This document shows, piece after piece, positions 13,910-25,996 of a stretch of DNA of 64,000 nucleotides. The stretch comes from Octopus vulgaris (Eukaryota). The notes beneath the pieces were generated by a model that saw only the letters and a program-made list of their open reading frames with translations, was not told the DNA's origin and did not search any database. The stretch covers positions 172,422,001 to 172,486,000 of the forward strand of contig OX597814.1 of assembly GCA_951406725.2 (NCBI GenBank), read 5' to 3'. A program made the translations under genes and the position numbers. Numbering within the stretch: position 1 is the first letter of the stretch; every line of letters starts with the position of its first letter.

Positions 13910-14682
13910 GCATATATACATATCTATAAGTGTGGCTATGCGTATGCTGCGTGCGTGTGTTCTGTATAACGGTTTTAATTTCTATATTCTCTTGTGTTAC
14001 AAAGAAGCAACCTGTTTGAGCAATTCATGAAGCACTATTATTATAGTTACTGCTGTTGTTATTGTTGTTGTTTCTTGTTGTTGTTGTTGTTGTTGCTGTT
14101 GTTGCTGTTGTTAGATTCACACTACAGAGAATCTCGGATTCCGATGCCGTACTCATTTCTCTGTTAAATTCCTTGCTTCCACAGATTCCACCTTTTGCAC
14201 AGTACAATAACAGAACCTATTCTTGCGATGCAAACCTGTCAAATAGATTTTGCAGAGCTGCGTGTGCGCCGCCAGTCTGTGGGTATGAATGCGCCTGTGC
14301 GTGGGTGCGTGATTGCCCACGCACGCGCGCGAGCGTATGTAGATGTGTATGCGTGTGTAAATGTGTAAGCGTCATGTGTGATTATGTGCGTATAACTGGG
14401 TACGTATTTGTGAGTGTGTATGAAGAGAGCCAGCCATCCTTGATAGAAACGCTATGTTATGTTAATGTTAAAGGATTCTTATTGCTACCAGAAACAAGAG
14501 CTGTTTACTGTCTTCTTAAATGACATACTACAATAGCGCTTGAAGCAGAGTCAGAGGTTAACTTCAACCGATACACATGCTCGACCTCCCACAAGATAGA
14601 TACACACATACACATAGTTTTTTTTTATATAGATATATTTAATCCTGCTACATGCACTTTGTTCGTATAAAAGTCTCTATAC

Positions 14683-15399
14683 CAGTGATTACCAAAGTGG
14701 TTGGTACTGCTCCACTTAGGAGCAGTGGAAAGATCTAGGTGTGGTGTTGAAGAAAAGGTGGGGCAATAACGGAGTTACCAAAAGGGGGTAATGGATGTAA
14801 AAAGCCCCTGAAATAATGGATTAATTAGGTTAAGTTTTATTTGTGAAATTCAGTTGTTTTGAATTTGCTGCAGGAAGTGATCTATGTTTGTTATTTCTTT
14901 ACTGCCCACAAGGGGCTACACACAGAGGGGACAAACAAAGATAGGCAAAGGGATTAAGTCGATAATATCTACCCCAGTATGTAACTGGTACGTAATTTAT
15001 CGACCCCGAAAGGATGAACGGGAAAGTCGACTTCAGCGTAATTTGAACTCAGAACGTAACAGCAGACGAAATACCCATTTCTTTACTACCCACAAGGGGC
15101 TAAACACAGAGAGGACAAACAAGGACAGACAAACGGATTAAGTCGATTGTATTTAATCGACTCCGAAAGGACGAAAAGCAAAGTCGACCTCGGCGGAATT
15201 TGAACTCAGAACGTAACGGCAGACGAAATACGGCTACGCATTTCGTCCGGCGTGCTAACGTTTATGCCAGCTCGCTCGCCAAAGTGGTCTATGTTTGTGA
15301 TGGTGATTTGGAGTGTGTGTGTGTGTGGGGGGGAGCACGCTAGGAATGTGGCCTTGGTGCCATGTGAGCAGTAGCCTGAAAAAGGTTTGGTAACCATTG
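14683..15399. mobile_element. hAT-superfamily non-autonomous DNA transposon (MITE)
   Basis: TIRs CAGTGATTACCAAA / TTTGGTAACCATTG; perfect 8-bp TSD CTCTATAC at 14675-14682 and 15400-15407. Confidence 0.88.
14892..15281 (-). mobile_element. Dimeric SINE family B nested in the hAT MITE
   Basis: Two tandem bodies with one head; TSD aagtg(a/g)tctatgtttgt at 14875-14891 and 15282-15298. Confidence 0.88.
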
Positions 15400-16230
15400 C
15401 TCTATACCATATATATGTGTCTGTGAGTGTGTGTGTTCGTGTGTGCAAGTGTGTGTGCCTGCGTGTGTTTTTTGTACATGTGAACAAATGTGTTGTAAAT
15501 GCACTAAAATAACCTTTCCTCCACAGGACTGGCTAGGCTCATGAAACCTCCAGCCAGGCATTCCCAACCCACACATCACTCCGCCAATTATCGCCCTTGT
15601 CATAGTCAACCACCTAAGTCTCCCACTAATCACCACGCCCCACAGCGTTTAAACACGTTTTTTAACCGTCGCTTCTTTCGTAATATGGTTTTGCTTTTGT
15701 ATCATGGAATTAATATATCCTTTGATGAATTTTACCAAAAATTGGAAGAGACGATGCTGTAGAAAAGGATTTGAGATGGCACTCTTTTCTACTTGTCTCG
15801 GGAAGAGATAAAATTAGTTTTGTACACTGTCTATAAGTAAGCACTTGTTCTGTTACTTTACGCATTATGGCGTAGATTATGACGTGACATTTCTTAATAT
15901 AAATGATAAGTTTTTCAGCGTTTGTTGAATGAAGTCGACGGATCATGTAATATTGGTAAGATGACATCTATCTGTATTTGTTAAATATGCTTCAAGGGCA
16001 ATGAAATTGTTTTGTTTTGTTTTTTTTGTTGTTTTTTTTTTTTTTTGTTAGTGATGGTGTTTGAAAGAACTCATTCTGGTATTATATCTAATAATGTGCT
16101 TCTCAATTTCGGCTTGACTACTTGCGCATAAGAGAATTCTTCTACGCAAACACGCACACACACATACACATACAACCACACACACACACACAGACACACA
16201 TGCACACACACACATACATACACACACTCA

Positions 16231-16289
<59 letters not shown>

Positions 16290-16343
16290 TACCTGCTATT
16301 TTTTTCCTCTGTCCTCCCTTCTCGGGATGTTTCTTTCTCCTAT

Positions 16344-16378
16344 GTTTCCGACGAAGAGCTCCGCTCGAAACGTCAAAC
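16344..16378 (+). ncRNA. Minimal type I hammerhead ribozyme (CCGACGA variant core) in PLE pLTR fragment 16289-16475
   Basis: gttt-CCGACGA-A-GAGC-tcc-GCTC-GAAA-CG-TC-aaac; palindromic ACGT helix III typical of PLE minimal hammerheads. Confidence 0.75.
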
Positions 16379-16497
16379 CCTCCTTCTTCCCTTCTTTCCT
16401 GAGCGTCCAATAATACTTTATTTGTTCCACATCCTTGCGTTGTTGTTTTTTTGTTTTCTTGTTTGGATTAACTTTATATATATATATATATATATAT

Positions 16498-17237
16498 AGT
16501 GAAATCGAGAGGAAAATCAGAGAAAAGAATTTTATTGATAAATTCGAACCCAAGCTAAATAAGCAATAATAATAATACTTAGAGGTATTACTTCCACTGC
16601 TACGACCATGACCACTAACAACAACAACAATACTAAAGGTGATCAAGACGAAGATAGCAGGAAAATTATCTTATTTAGGGTTAAAAGTTCTATTGCCACC
16701 ACCATCACCACTAGCAACAATAATTAAGGTGCTGACAATGATGATGATGACAATTGAAATATAAAAATATAAAAATCTCTGACAAAGGATATTTACAACA
16801 TTTCTAAAAATAACCCAACAATTGCTGCTTCGGACAGGGTCAAGATACAGGACTCTTGACCTGTCCAACAAAGCGTGATGCCTAAACCAATCAGCTCAAC
16901 CAACCAATCAGCTTAAGTAATTGAGTGATACTACACACTGATTGGTCAGAATACAGTTTGCAAAACCTAGCACTCTGGAGCCTACCCAGCTGTATTTATA
17001 GCACAGAATCACTCATCTTGCTACAGTCAAAAATTGTGAAGCATGACTGTCAACACTACTACATGAACCCGAAGATTGCAGAATTCAATGCATGAAAGTA
17101 CTAGTTCAATCAGAATGAATATTTAACATTCTACTATTTCATTTTATTTTATTCAATTATAATATATTATCTTATAATATATCATTATAAGATTGTAAAT
17201 AAAACGTGAAAATCAGACAAGGTTGGAATTCTTTTTA

Positions 17238-17240
<3 letters not shown>
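16498..17240 (+). mobile_element. Penelope-like element 3' end: GIY-YIG C-terminus, pLTR and hammerhead
   Basis: 16498-16569 encodes SEIERKIREKNFIDKFEPKLNKQ* (RE..FI..F.P.LN motif); CCAAT boxes at 16887, 16904 and 16941 (reverse), tatttata at 16993; (TA)n on both sides. Confidence 0.8.
17064..17108 (+). ncRNA. Minimal type I hammerhead ribozyme (CCGAAGA variant core)
   Basis: tgaac-CCGAAGA-T-TGCA-gaattcaa-TGCA-T-GAAA-GTAC-TA-gttca; 5-bp helix I, palindromic AGTACT helix III. Confidence 0.8.
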
Positions 17241-17319
<79 letters not shown>

Positions 17320-17357
17320 TCTGTAAATATAATATGTGACAATTATTGGGTAGCCAT

Positions 17358-17418
17358 GATAAAACTCCGAGTTTGGGATGTCGGGGTGAAAATCCACGCC
17401 GCCATCTCTTCAAGTATC
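17358..17418 (-). ncRNA. Hammerhead motif, left arm (C3U and G12C substitutions)
   Basis: Minus gatac-TTGAAGA-GATG..CATC-C-CAAA-CTCGGAG-TT-ttatc. Confidence 0.6.
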
Positions 17419-17451
17419 CAGCCATCAGAAAGCATTTTTTTCCGTTGATCG

Positions 17452-17512
17452 GATAACTGAAGAGATGGCAGCGTGGATTTCTACACCGACATCAGAAACT
17501 CGGAGATTTATC
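17452..17512 (+). ncRNA. Hammerhead motif, right arm (U16.1A substitution)
   Basis: gataa-CTGAAGA-GATG..CATC-A-GAAA-CTCGGAG-AT-ttatc. Confidence 0.65.
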
Positions 17513-17614
17513 ATGGCTACTGAATAATTGTCATACATTACATTTACAGGTAAATTCCTCTATTTACATAATATCAAGGTCTCTTTCATTCTTTTGTTGT
17601 ATTAACATTTCTAT

Positions 17615-17686
<72 letters not shown>

Positions 17687-17792
17687 ATATAGGTATATAA
17701 ATAGATAGGTATCAATATATGAGCGCACGTGTGTCTGTCTCTGTGTATATAGATATACACATACATACACACAATGTTTAAATTATTAGAAG

Positions 17793-18147
17793 GTGGCCAT
17801 GCGGGGGCACCACCTTGAAGAATTTTTCAGTCTCGTGGATGCACCCCAGTACTTATCTTTTTAAAAGCTTATTCTGTCGGTCTCCTTTTGCTGAACTGTT
17901 AAGTAACAGGGATGTAAACAACCCAATATTCAATGTCAAACGGTGGTTGTGGGACAAACACGCGCACGTGCATACACACATATATATACGACCGGGTTAT
18001 TTTAGTTTCCAACTACCAAATCCACTCTCAAAGCTTTGGTTGACTCGAAACTATAGAAGACACCTGATCAAGTTGCTACATAGTGCAACTGAATCCCAAA
18101 CTATATATTCGGGAGGCAAAATTCTTACCATACAGCCACACCTCCAT
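17793..18147 (-). mobile_element. SINE family A, old diverged copy
   Basis: ggccatgcgggggcaccacc...tttagtttccaactaccaaatccactc...catacagccac. Confidence 0.75.
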
Positions 18148-18199
18148 CGGTATATATATACTTATACATACATACGTGTATATATATATATATATATGC

Positions 18200-18440
18200 T
18201 TTCGGTGCGAATGGTTTTGTTATATCGTGCCGTGTTTTACAATCTTGTAAATAATGATAATGGTGTTTATATAAGCTTAAAACTTATGGCGATCACTGTG
18301 CAATGACTAAGGAAAATAGGCTAATGAAGGGGAATATAAGCCCTAGACAGAAAAAAAGTAGGCTTTCCTATCCGCATGGGACGCGAACTCACATCTCTTT
18401 GTTAACTCGACTAAGTGTCTTACCGTTACACCAGCGAATT
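18200..18440 (-). mobile_element. tRNA-headed repeat family E
   Basis: Minus A-box TGGTGTAACGG and B-box GTTCGCGTCC; body similar to 54310-54408 plus 54841-54895. Confidence 0.55.
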
Positions 18441-19544
18441 AAACTGTCAAGTTTAAGAACTATATTAGCTCGTATTTGTTTTACGTAGACAAAATTTCTA
18501 TGTGCATATAATCCTCGACAGAAAAAAAGTACACACACACACACACACACATATATATATGTATAGAAAGACGAGTACAAGTATAGGTATATATATATTC
18601 TTACACATATGCAGGAACATATATTGCAAGAGCATACTTACACACACATATGCACACACACACACACACACGTGTATGCATACACACGCACGCACATGCA
18701 CAAACCATACGTACTATCCATTTAATTTTTAAATTCATTCAAAATTTCGAAGATCTTTAAAATCCTCAATGGAAATTGCTATGAACTACTTTTTCACCAA
18801 ATGCTCCTATTATCAGTAAAAGCCGAAGAAATCATTTTTTGCTATGATCATGCAAACTTCTCTCTTTATGTAAGTTGAAAATCCTAACAAGTGCCCTCTC
18901 AACAGCATGTGTCTTACTAAAACATTAGTGAATCGAGATAAATTGTTTACTGCAAATGCAAAAGTTTAGTTATGGCCTTACTGAACACAGTTCTAAAATA
19001 CTCTCGCAGTACATATATATATATATTTAGACACTAAAATTAACGCTTCACGAGTTAACTAATCAAACAAAACATATCTTTAGTTTAAAAGGCCGATAAC
19101 ATTAACAACTATAAAATCGATTAGCCCATTACAGAACACAAGTCTCTCAACATTAACTCTCCAGAAAGTGAAATAATTTATTACTGCTGGTTGCAAATTG
19201 GACAATATTTAGGAAAGAGTAAATACCTATAGATATTTATATTTATCAAGTAATTTGTCTAAAATAAGTTGTTAATAAGGTTAAAATAGTTTATATCCAC
19301 TTAACGCCTTTAATAATTAACATTTGTTTTTGTGTCTTTTAGATATTTAGCACTGAAGACATGTAATACCAAGTTTTGTCTGTGAATAGATGGATATATC
19401 TCGTCTTCGGTTAGTTGAATACACGTACTAACACAATCCTATTGCGCCTGTTGAAAGCAAATTGCGTGGGCAAAAGAATAGACGTAGGAATAGATTCAAC
19501 CAAATGTCTGACTTATGAAGCAGCTTCCTACTTGGACATTCCTA

Positions 19545-19779
19545 TTTCTTTACTACCCACAAGGGGCTAAACACAGAGTGGACAAACAAGGGCAGACAAA
19601 GGGATTAAGTCGATTATATCGACCCCAATGCGTAACTGGTTCTTAATTTATCGACCCCGAAAGGATAAAAGGAAAAGTCGACCTTGGCGGAATTTGAACT
19701 CAGAACGTAGCGGCAGACGAAATACTGGTAAGCATTTCGTCCGGCGTGCTAACGATTCTGCCAGCTCATCGCGTTTTTA
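19545..19779 (-). mobile_element. SINE family B with TSD
   Basis: Meta-like domain; TSD tacttg(g/a)acattccta at 19529-19544 and 19780-19795. Confidence 0.9.
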
Positions 19780-19884
19780 TACTTGAACATTCCTAAATAG
19801 CTATATCAAACGGCACGTAAAATAACGAGACTAATTTTCTTAGCGTGTCGAGCGAAGCTCATAGTTTTTGATCATTGGGTTGGA

Positions 19885-20270
19885 CATTGGAAGTGTACAA
19901 GAAAGGTCGGATACGGCTTGAGCCATAAAATGAATCAGTCGCTTCTTCTCCGTTTAAGAAGTGTAAAAAATGTGGTTTCTTACTAAAAATTGAATCGAAG
20001 ACAGTCCTCATTTTAGACGTGTAAGAAGTTGGATTTAGTTTTAATTCAGAATCGTATCATCGACACTACTATTATACTGTAGAGGTGTAACAAAATGTCG
20101 GGTATAGCTCAAGCTCAAAATGGTATCTGTGTCACCTCTGTTCTGTTTTAGAAATGTAACAGAATGTAGAATACGGCTTGAGCTGAGAATTTAATCTACG
20201 ACTGTACGCTGCCTTAGAAGTGTAACCGAAGGTAGAGTATGGTTTGGGCTCAAAACTAAATCTGTCACCT
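19885..20270. repeat. Diverged tandem array, six units of about 66 bp
   Basis: agaagtgtaa-like motif at about 19889, 19957, 20015, 20081, 20150 and 20216, several followed by tacggcttgagc..aaat. Confidence 0.75.
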
Positions 20271-20349
20271 CCCCCCCCCCACCTGAAACGTACATACATT
20301 TCTAGCAGTACATTAGTTGATGTGAGGGGAGGGAAGCCCTTGTAGGTGT

Positions 20350-20545
20350 GGTTCATCCTGTTTGAAATAATAGCTAAATCTCCTTCAAAATACATCGTCT
20401 TAAGAAGGGTGGGGGGAGGAAAAAAAGAGAGAGAGAATGACACATTTGATGTGCTTGAAAAAACATAATAAATTGGATCGTCCAGGCTGGAACGCATTTG
20501 ATCAGAAATGTGCTCGATCAGCAGCACTAAACAAAAAACAACAAT
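20350..20545 (+). mobile_element. Interspersed repeat family D (about 200 bp, CAA tail); further copies near 39935-40118, 46020-46218, 58710-58890, 59905-60086
   Basis: Shared cctgctagaaatagcagccaaatctc...gatcagggctgacc..gctaaacaacaac-like consensus across copies. Confidence 0.6.
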
Positions 20546-20974
20546 GACAACAAAAGCAACAACAACAACAACAAGAATAACAACAACAACAGCAACAACA
20601 ACAGCAGCAACAAAACAGCATATATTCAATTAGTCTAACCCATTTGTTCCTCTTGTCAGATTGGAACTGATTAAAATTATAAATTCCGTAATGTTCCTCT
20701 GAAATTTCCCATTTCCTTCCTTCCTTCCTTCCTTCCTTCCTTCCTTTCTCTCGTGTATTTTGCACTTTCATTTTTTTTTTCATTTTTTTTATTTTATCTT
20801 TTCCATTCGTACTTACTTTCTTTTTCATATATGTTTGTTTTCCAATCACCATTTGTTTTGTTTTTCTCTCTTTTTCCATTATTTCCAACTCTTCTTTATT
20901 CTTTATTCTTTAAGTGTGTTTCTTCATTCATTGATTATCACTGGACATCATTTTTTATTTCGCTTCCTTGCATC

Positions 20975-21086
<112 letters not shown>

Positions 21087-21139
21087 TCTTCTTCTTAAAC
21101 ACACTATTCTCCTCACTTATTCTACTAACATAGATTTGC

Positions 21140-21177
<38 letters not shown>

Positions 21178-21684
21178 AACACATGCACGCATTACACACA
21201 TACACACAAACACACACAAACACAAATGCGTACATATTCTCTCTATTTTCCTTCGCTCTCTCACACGCACTTCCTCCCTTCCTCTCCCTCCCTCTCTCAC
21301 TCTCTTCTTCTCTCCTCTCTCTCTATCTTTCTCTCCACTTTCCCCCACTCTTTCTTCTTCCCATCCCTCTATCTTACCCCCTTACCCTCTCTCTGAAGTA
21401 CTTTTCCATCTTTCATTTTATTTCTTTAATCTTTATTGCTTTTGAAAATGCAACATTTAAGTTTTAAATGCATTTTGTGCTTCGACGGTTGGTTCTTATA
21501 AACAACAATAACTACAGCAACAACAACAACAGCAACAACATTGTCAGTAACACCAGGAACGATAACATAAATAGTAGTAAAGGTAATAGTGAAATGGAAG
21601 AGGCAATTTCTTTAGATTTTTATTTCGTATTATTTACCATAATGATGACGATGTTGTAACGGGGTGGGGTGTGAGAATGATGGA

Positions 21685-21764
21685 AATACCGATGATAATG
21701 ATGAGGATGTTAATGATGATATTACTGATAATTATGATGGAAGTAGGATTCCTGAAAAAAGTTG

Positions 21765-21818
<54 letters not shown>

Positions 21819-21832
21819 GTGGTGGGGATGAA

Positions 21833-21886
<54 letters not shown>

Positions 21887-22141
21887 AACGACGATGATGC
21901 TGACGACAAATGACAATGATGATGACGATGTCGACGACGGTAATAATGACGATGATGATGTTGAAGTTGATGACGATGATGATGTTGAAGATGATGATGA
22001 TGAGGAGGAGGAGGAGGAGGAAAACGACGATGATGATGCTGACGACAAATGACAATGATGATGACGATGTCGACGACGGTAATAATGACGTTGATTATGA
22101 TGAAGATGATGAGGATGATAAGAATGAGGATGAAGATAATT

Positions 22142-22172
<31 letters not shown>

Positions 22173-22237
22173 GGATGATGATGATGATGATGATGGTGAC
22201 GATGATGATGATGGCGATGATGATGATGATGATGATT

Positions 22238-22269
<32 letters not shown>

Positions 22270-22380
22270 GACGACGACGACGAAGACGACGACGACGACA
22301 ATGATGCTGATAACTACGATTATGATGAAGTTGACAACGACGACGACGACGACGTAGCTGATGACGGCGACATCATGTAG
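21685..22380. repeat. Compound (GAT/GAC)n microsatellite with an internal duplication
   Basis: gaaaacgacgatgatgctgacgacaaatgacaatgat... occurs twice within the tract. Confidence 0.95.
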
Positions 22381-22993
22381 ATTATCATGCAGAGGTGGAT
22401 GACAACGAAGGATGACAAACGAAGGCGGTGGTTGTAATTGCTGTTGTTGTAGGTGTACTTTATATTGTAGTTGTTACTGTTGCTGTAGTTATTATTACTG
22501 TTGCAGGTGCTGGCTGTTATTGTTGTTGTTATTATTGCTTCATACATTACAGAAACATTTTAAGATGTTTGTTAAATCGATGAGAGTATTTAAGATGTTT
22601 TTACTAGTTCGTGTTGTCATTGTTGTGGCTCACATTTTTTTTTAAATATTTATGCTTAATTTAATTTATTAGTTGTTTGTTTCTCTATTGTTTTGTGTGT
22701 ATTTCTTGACACTATTCTTCTTCCCAGTCCCCGCCCCCAACACCATCAATTAATGGCTTACACATTAAGGAGTAACGTTGTTAGTCGTCGAGGCTGCTTT
22801 TCAAGTTGTCGTTATTTTTGCTATTGCTGGTGCCAACGCTGTTTCCATTGTTGTTGATGTTAATATTATTGATGTTTTTTCTTCTCTTACTTTTGCAGTT
22901 CTTGTTGTTGTTTCTGTACTCTGGTAGATTATTTTGAAGCAAGTAATCTACCAGATTACTTGTGCAAGTGTGCGTATGTGCGTGCATCTGTAT

Positions 22994-23332
22994 GTGAATG
23001 AGTGTGTGTCTATGAATATGCATCCATACAATATGCATGTATATGTGCATATAAACATACATATATATGTATATATGTGCGTATATGTATATATATGTAC
23101 ATATATTTCTATTGTTATAGTTATATATAGATATAGATATATATATGTATACATGCATATAAACAGTGAATGAGTGTGTGTCTATGAATATGCATCCATA
23201 CAATATGCATGTATATGTGCATATATACATACGTATATATGTGCGTATATGTATATATATGTACATATATTTCTATTGTTATAGTTATATATAGATATAG
23301 ATATATATGTATGTATACATGCGTATAAACAT
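22994..23332. repeat. Tandem duplication of about 170 bp
   Basis: gtgaatgagtgtgtgtctatgaatatgcatccatacaat... at 22994 and 23166. Confidence 0.9.
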
Positions 23333-24131
23333 TTACATATATATGCATACATATATACACATATACACATGTATATGCATATATAAATCTATATATATGT
23401 GTGTGTATATGTGTGTATGCATGTATTTATGTATGTTTGCATGTCTGTATATATGTTTACGTGTGTGTGTGTGTGTGTGTGTAGGTATGTATATGTGTAG
23501 GAAAAGTGAAGCACAGGCATAGCTGAAGTTCGCTTGACAGAAACGTGGTTCTAGGTTCGATTCGACTGTAAAGCGAATTGGGTAAGTACCATGAGTGAGC
23601 CACGTTGAGCAACCTCTCTGTATTATTATTTATTCGTCTTCTTTCACCATTTATATTCTAATTTTATACATATTTTTTTCTTCTTTACATAAGCAACACA
23701 AAATACATTTCTGTCTTATTTGGATGCCACTCTAATGAAGTACCACTCCAATAGTATCAACAGCAAATATCGCCGAAGCTGGAATTATTTGCGTGCAAGG
23801 GTGTCAACATCATAGTGATACCGAAATGATTGTAACTAATAATAAAGATGTGTTAAATTAATTCTTCAACTTCTTAATTGTATAATAGGGTACAGCTCGT
23901 AAGACTCACACACTTCTTTTCCAGTGATGTACCTGGGAATTCTTACAGCAGCCAACTTCCAATTTTCCTCCAGGTTCCAATTCGAATGGGTAGACTGATA
24001 GCTTGTAGTTTGAGTTGAGTGATGCATTGGAAATATACCGATTTCTTACTCTATCAGGATCCTCTCCACAAACACTCACACGCACACACACACACATGAT
24101 ATACATCCATACACACACACACACACACGCA

Positions 24132-24176
<45 letters not shown>

Positions 24177-24250
24177 ATATAATATAATACAAAGAAAATA
24201 GAAATATTGAAGTTAATAAGAGTTTGTTATGAGCAACAAATATATCATTA

Positions 24251-24333
24251 TCCCTTACAGCTGTTTCAATTAAGCTTAGTGAAATTAAATGAGTATTAAA
24301 ATCATATTTCTGAGCTTAATCTCTCCAGAGGGA
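24251..24333 (-). ncRNA. Type I hammerhead motif (A6G substitution) in a PLE pLTR fragment
   Basis: Minus tccct-CTGGAGA-GATTAAGCT..AGCTTAATT-GAAA-CAGCTG-TA-aggga; 9-bp helix II, palindromic ACAGCTGT helix III. Confidence 0.72.
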
Positions 24334-24779
24334 GAAATAATATATCCTTAGATATTTTATATGTTAGTTATTTGAATCGTCACAGCAGACTGAATAATTT
24401 TGTTTATGATTAGTAATGGTATATGTCTAGGCGAGTGGGTAACAGGTTTATGATGGGTAAGGTATAGTAAGCAAATATAATGAGGGTAATGAAGAGTCAA
24501 TAAATAGAGATTGAAGATTAGATTACAATGTGAATAAAGTACAATATGAATGAGGTGAGAAATTAAATTACGTATGTAGGTGATATATAAAATTGAGAAA
24601 AACTTACCTATGTATAAAAATACACACATACTTACTACCACGTGATCATACATTAATCTGTTAATTTAGTATATATACATATATACATATACATGTAAAA
24701 ATATATATACACATATATATAAATATATATACACATATACATATATATATACGCACATATACATACACGCATACATACA

Positions 24780-24814
<35 letters not shown>

Positions 24815-25915
24815 TGGGACATTTGCAATTATTTACATGCATTTACACATAAATACCTACATATAATCATATATACACAATATATCTTCGCACGTATGCA
24901 CATTTATAGACATTTACACACATATATACACACGCACACATACGTATATATACATATATATACATACATATACATATATACACACATACACGCACACATG
25001 AATATTCACGTATACATACACACACATATACATGTGTATACACATGCACACAAACACATATACGCATACAAATATACACATACGTACACATACGTAAATA
25101 TATTTACACTATCAATCAATTCATCACCCCTAATAGAAAACTGATATAGATCGTTTAAGTTCAGTTAAAATTTGATTGGTTAGTGAAATTATAAATATTT
25201 TTTCAAACCAAATAGCGTTTCAAGCGAATTTGGACATGCATACCGGTTTATTTAGATTTGTTTTCAATAATTGATTAAAATTTTATCTTTAGTTTCACTT
25301 AAGCTATTCTGATGTAAGAGGGGAGAGAATTGTGTAAAATATTCATATGAATTTATTTTAAATTCATATTTATGTAGAAATAAGCGCATGAGAGCGCATA
25401 ATTGTTAACATTTAATCATAAAAGTAAGTTTAAGTGAATAATGAAACAGGTAATTAGTTAAATGGTAACTTATTGATTGGTATTGATTAGAACGGTATAT
25501 ATTAATGTACGTACATATACATACACAAATATAGAAATGTTAGTGCTCGCACACACATATGCACACATACATTTATACTTACTAGTAAAATTGTGAAAAG
25601 TACAGATAATAATCAAATAGGAAACTGCAGACTTAGAAGCATGCATATACGCACATACATACATACATATAAATGTAAGTTTAAATAGAAATAGTTAAGA
25701 AATATACATGCATTCGTACATATATAGAGGTAAGAAATTCACATCCATATAGGCACCCCTAAACACATACATGTATAAGCACATACATATATATAATATA
25801 TACATACACATCAACATAACTGGATACAAACATATAGGCATAAACGCACATACGCAAGTGTGTGTTATCATACATACATATATACATATACGTACACACG
25901 TACGTACGTACGTAC

Positions 25916-25962
<47 letters not shown>

Positions 25963-25996
25963 CAGACATACATATATCTATATACACACACACATA

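Larger units (their letters stand above)
17321..17549. repeat. About 230-bp foldback made of two inverted PLE pLTR copies
   Basis: ctgtaaat...atttacag ends; roughly 100-bp arms pair along their length. Confidence 0.88.

Noticed and set aside
18370-18438. Possible tRNA gene on the minus strand
   Set aside because: A and B boxes are present but the cloverleaf stems do not pair; treated as a repeat head
19885-20270. CRISPR-like periodicity
   Set aside because: Repeats are too diverged, no cas genes or leader, eukaryotic context
21671-22380. Asp-rich ORFs resembling acidic biomineralisation proteins
   Set aside because: Pure GAT microsatellite with stops and frameshifts and no signal peptide
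23906-24075. Complex minus-strand open frames as a possible exon
   Set aside because: No recognisable domain and no convincing splice acceptor; could be a TE relic
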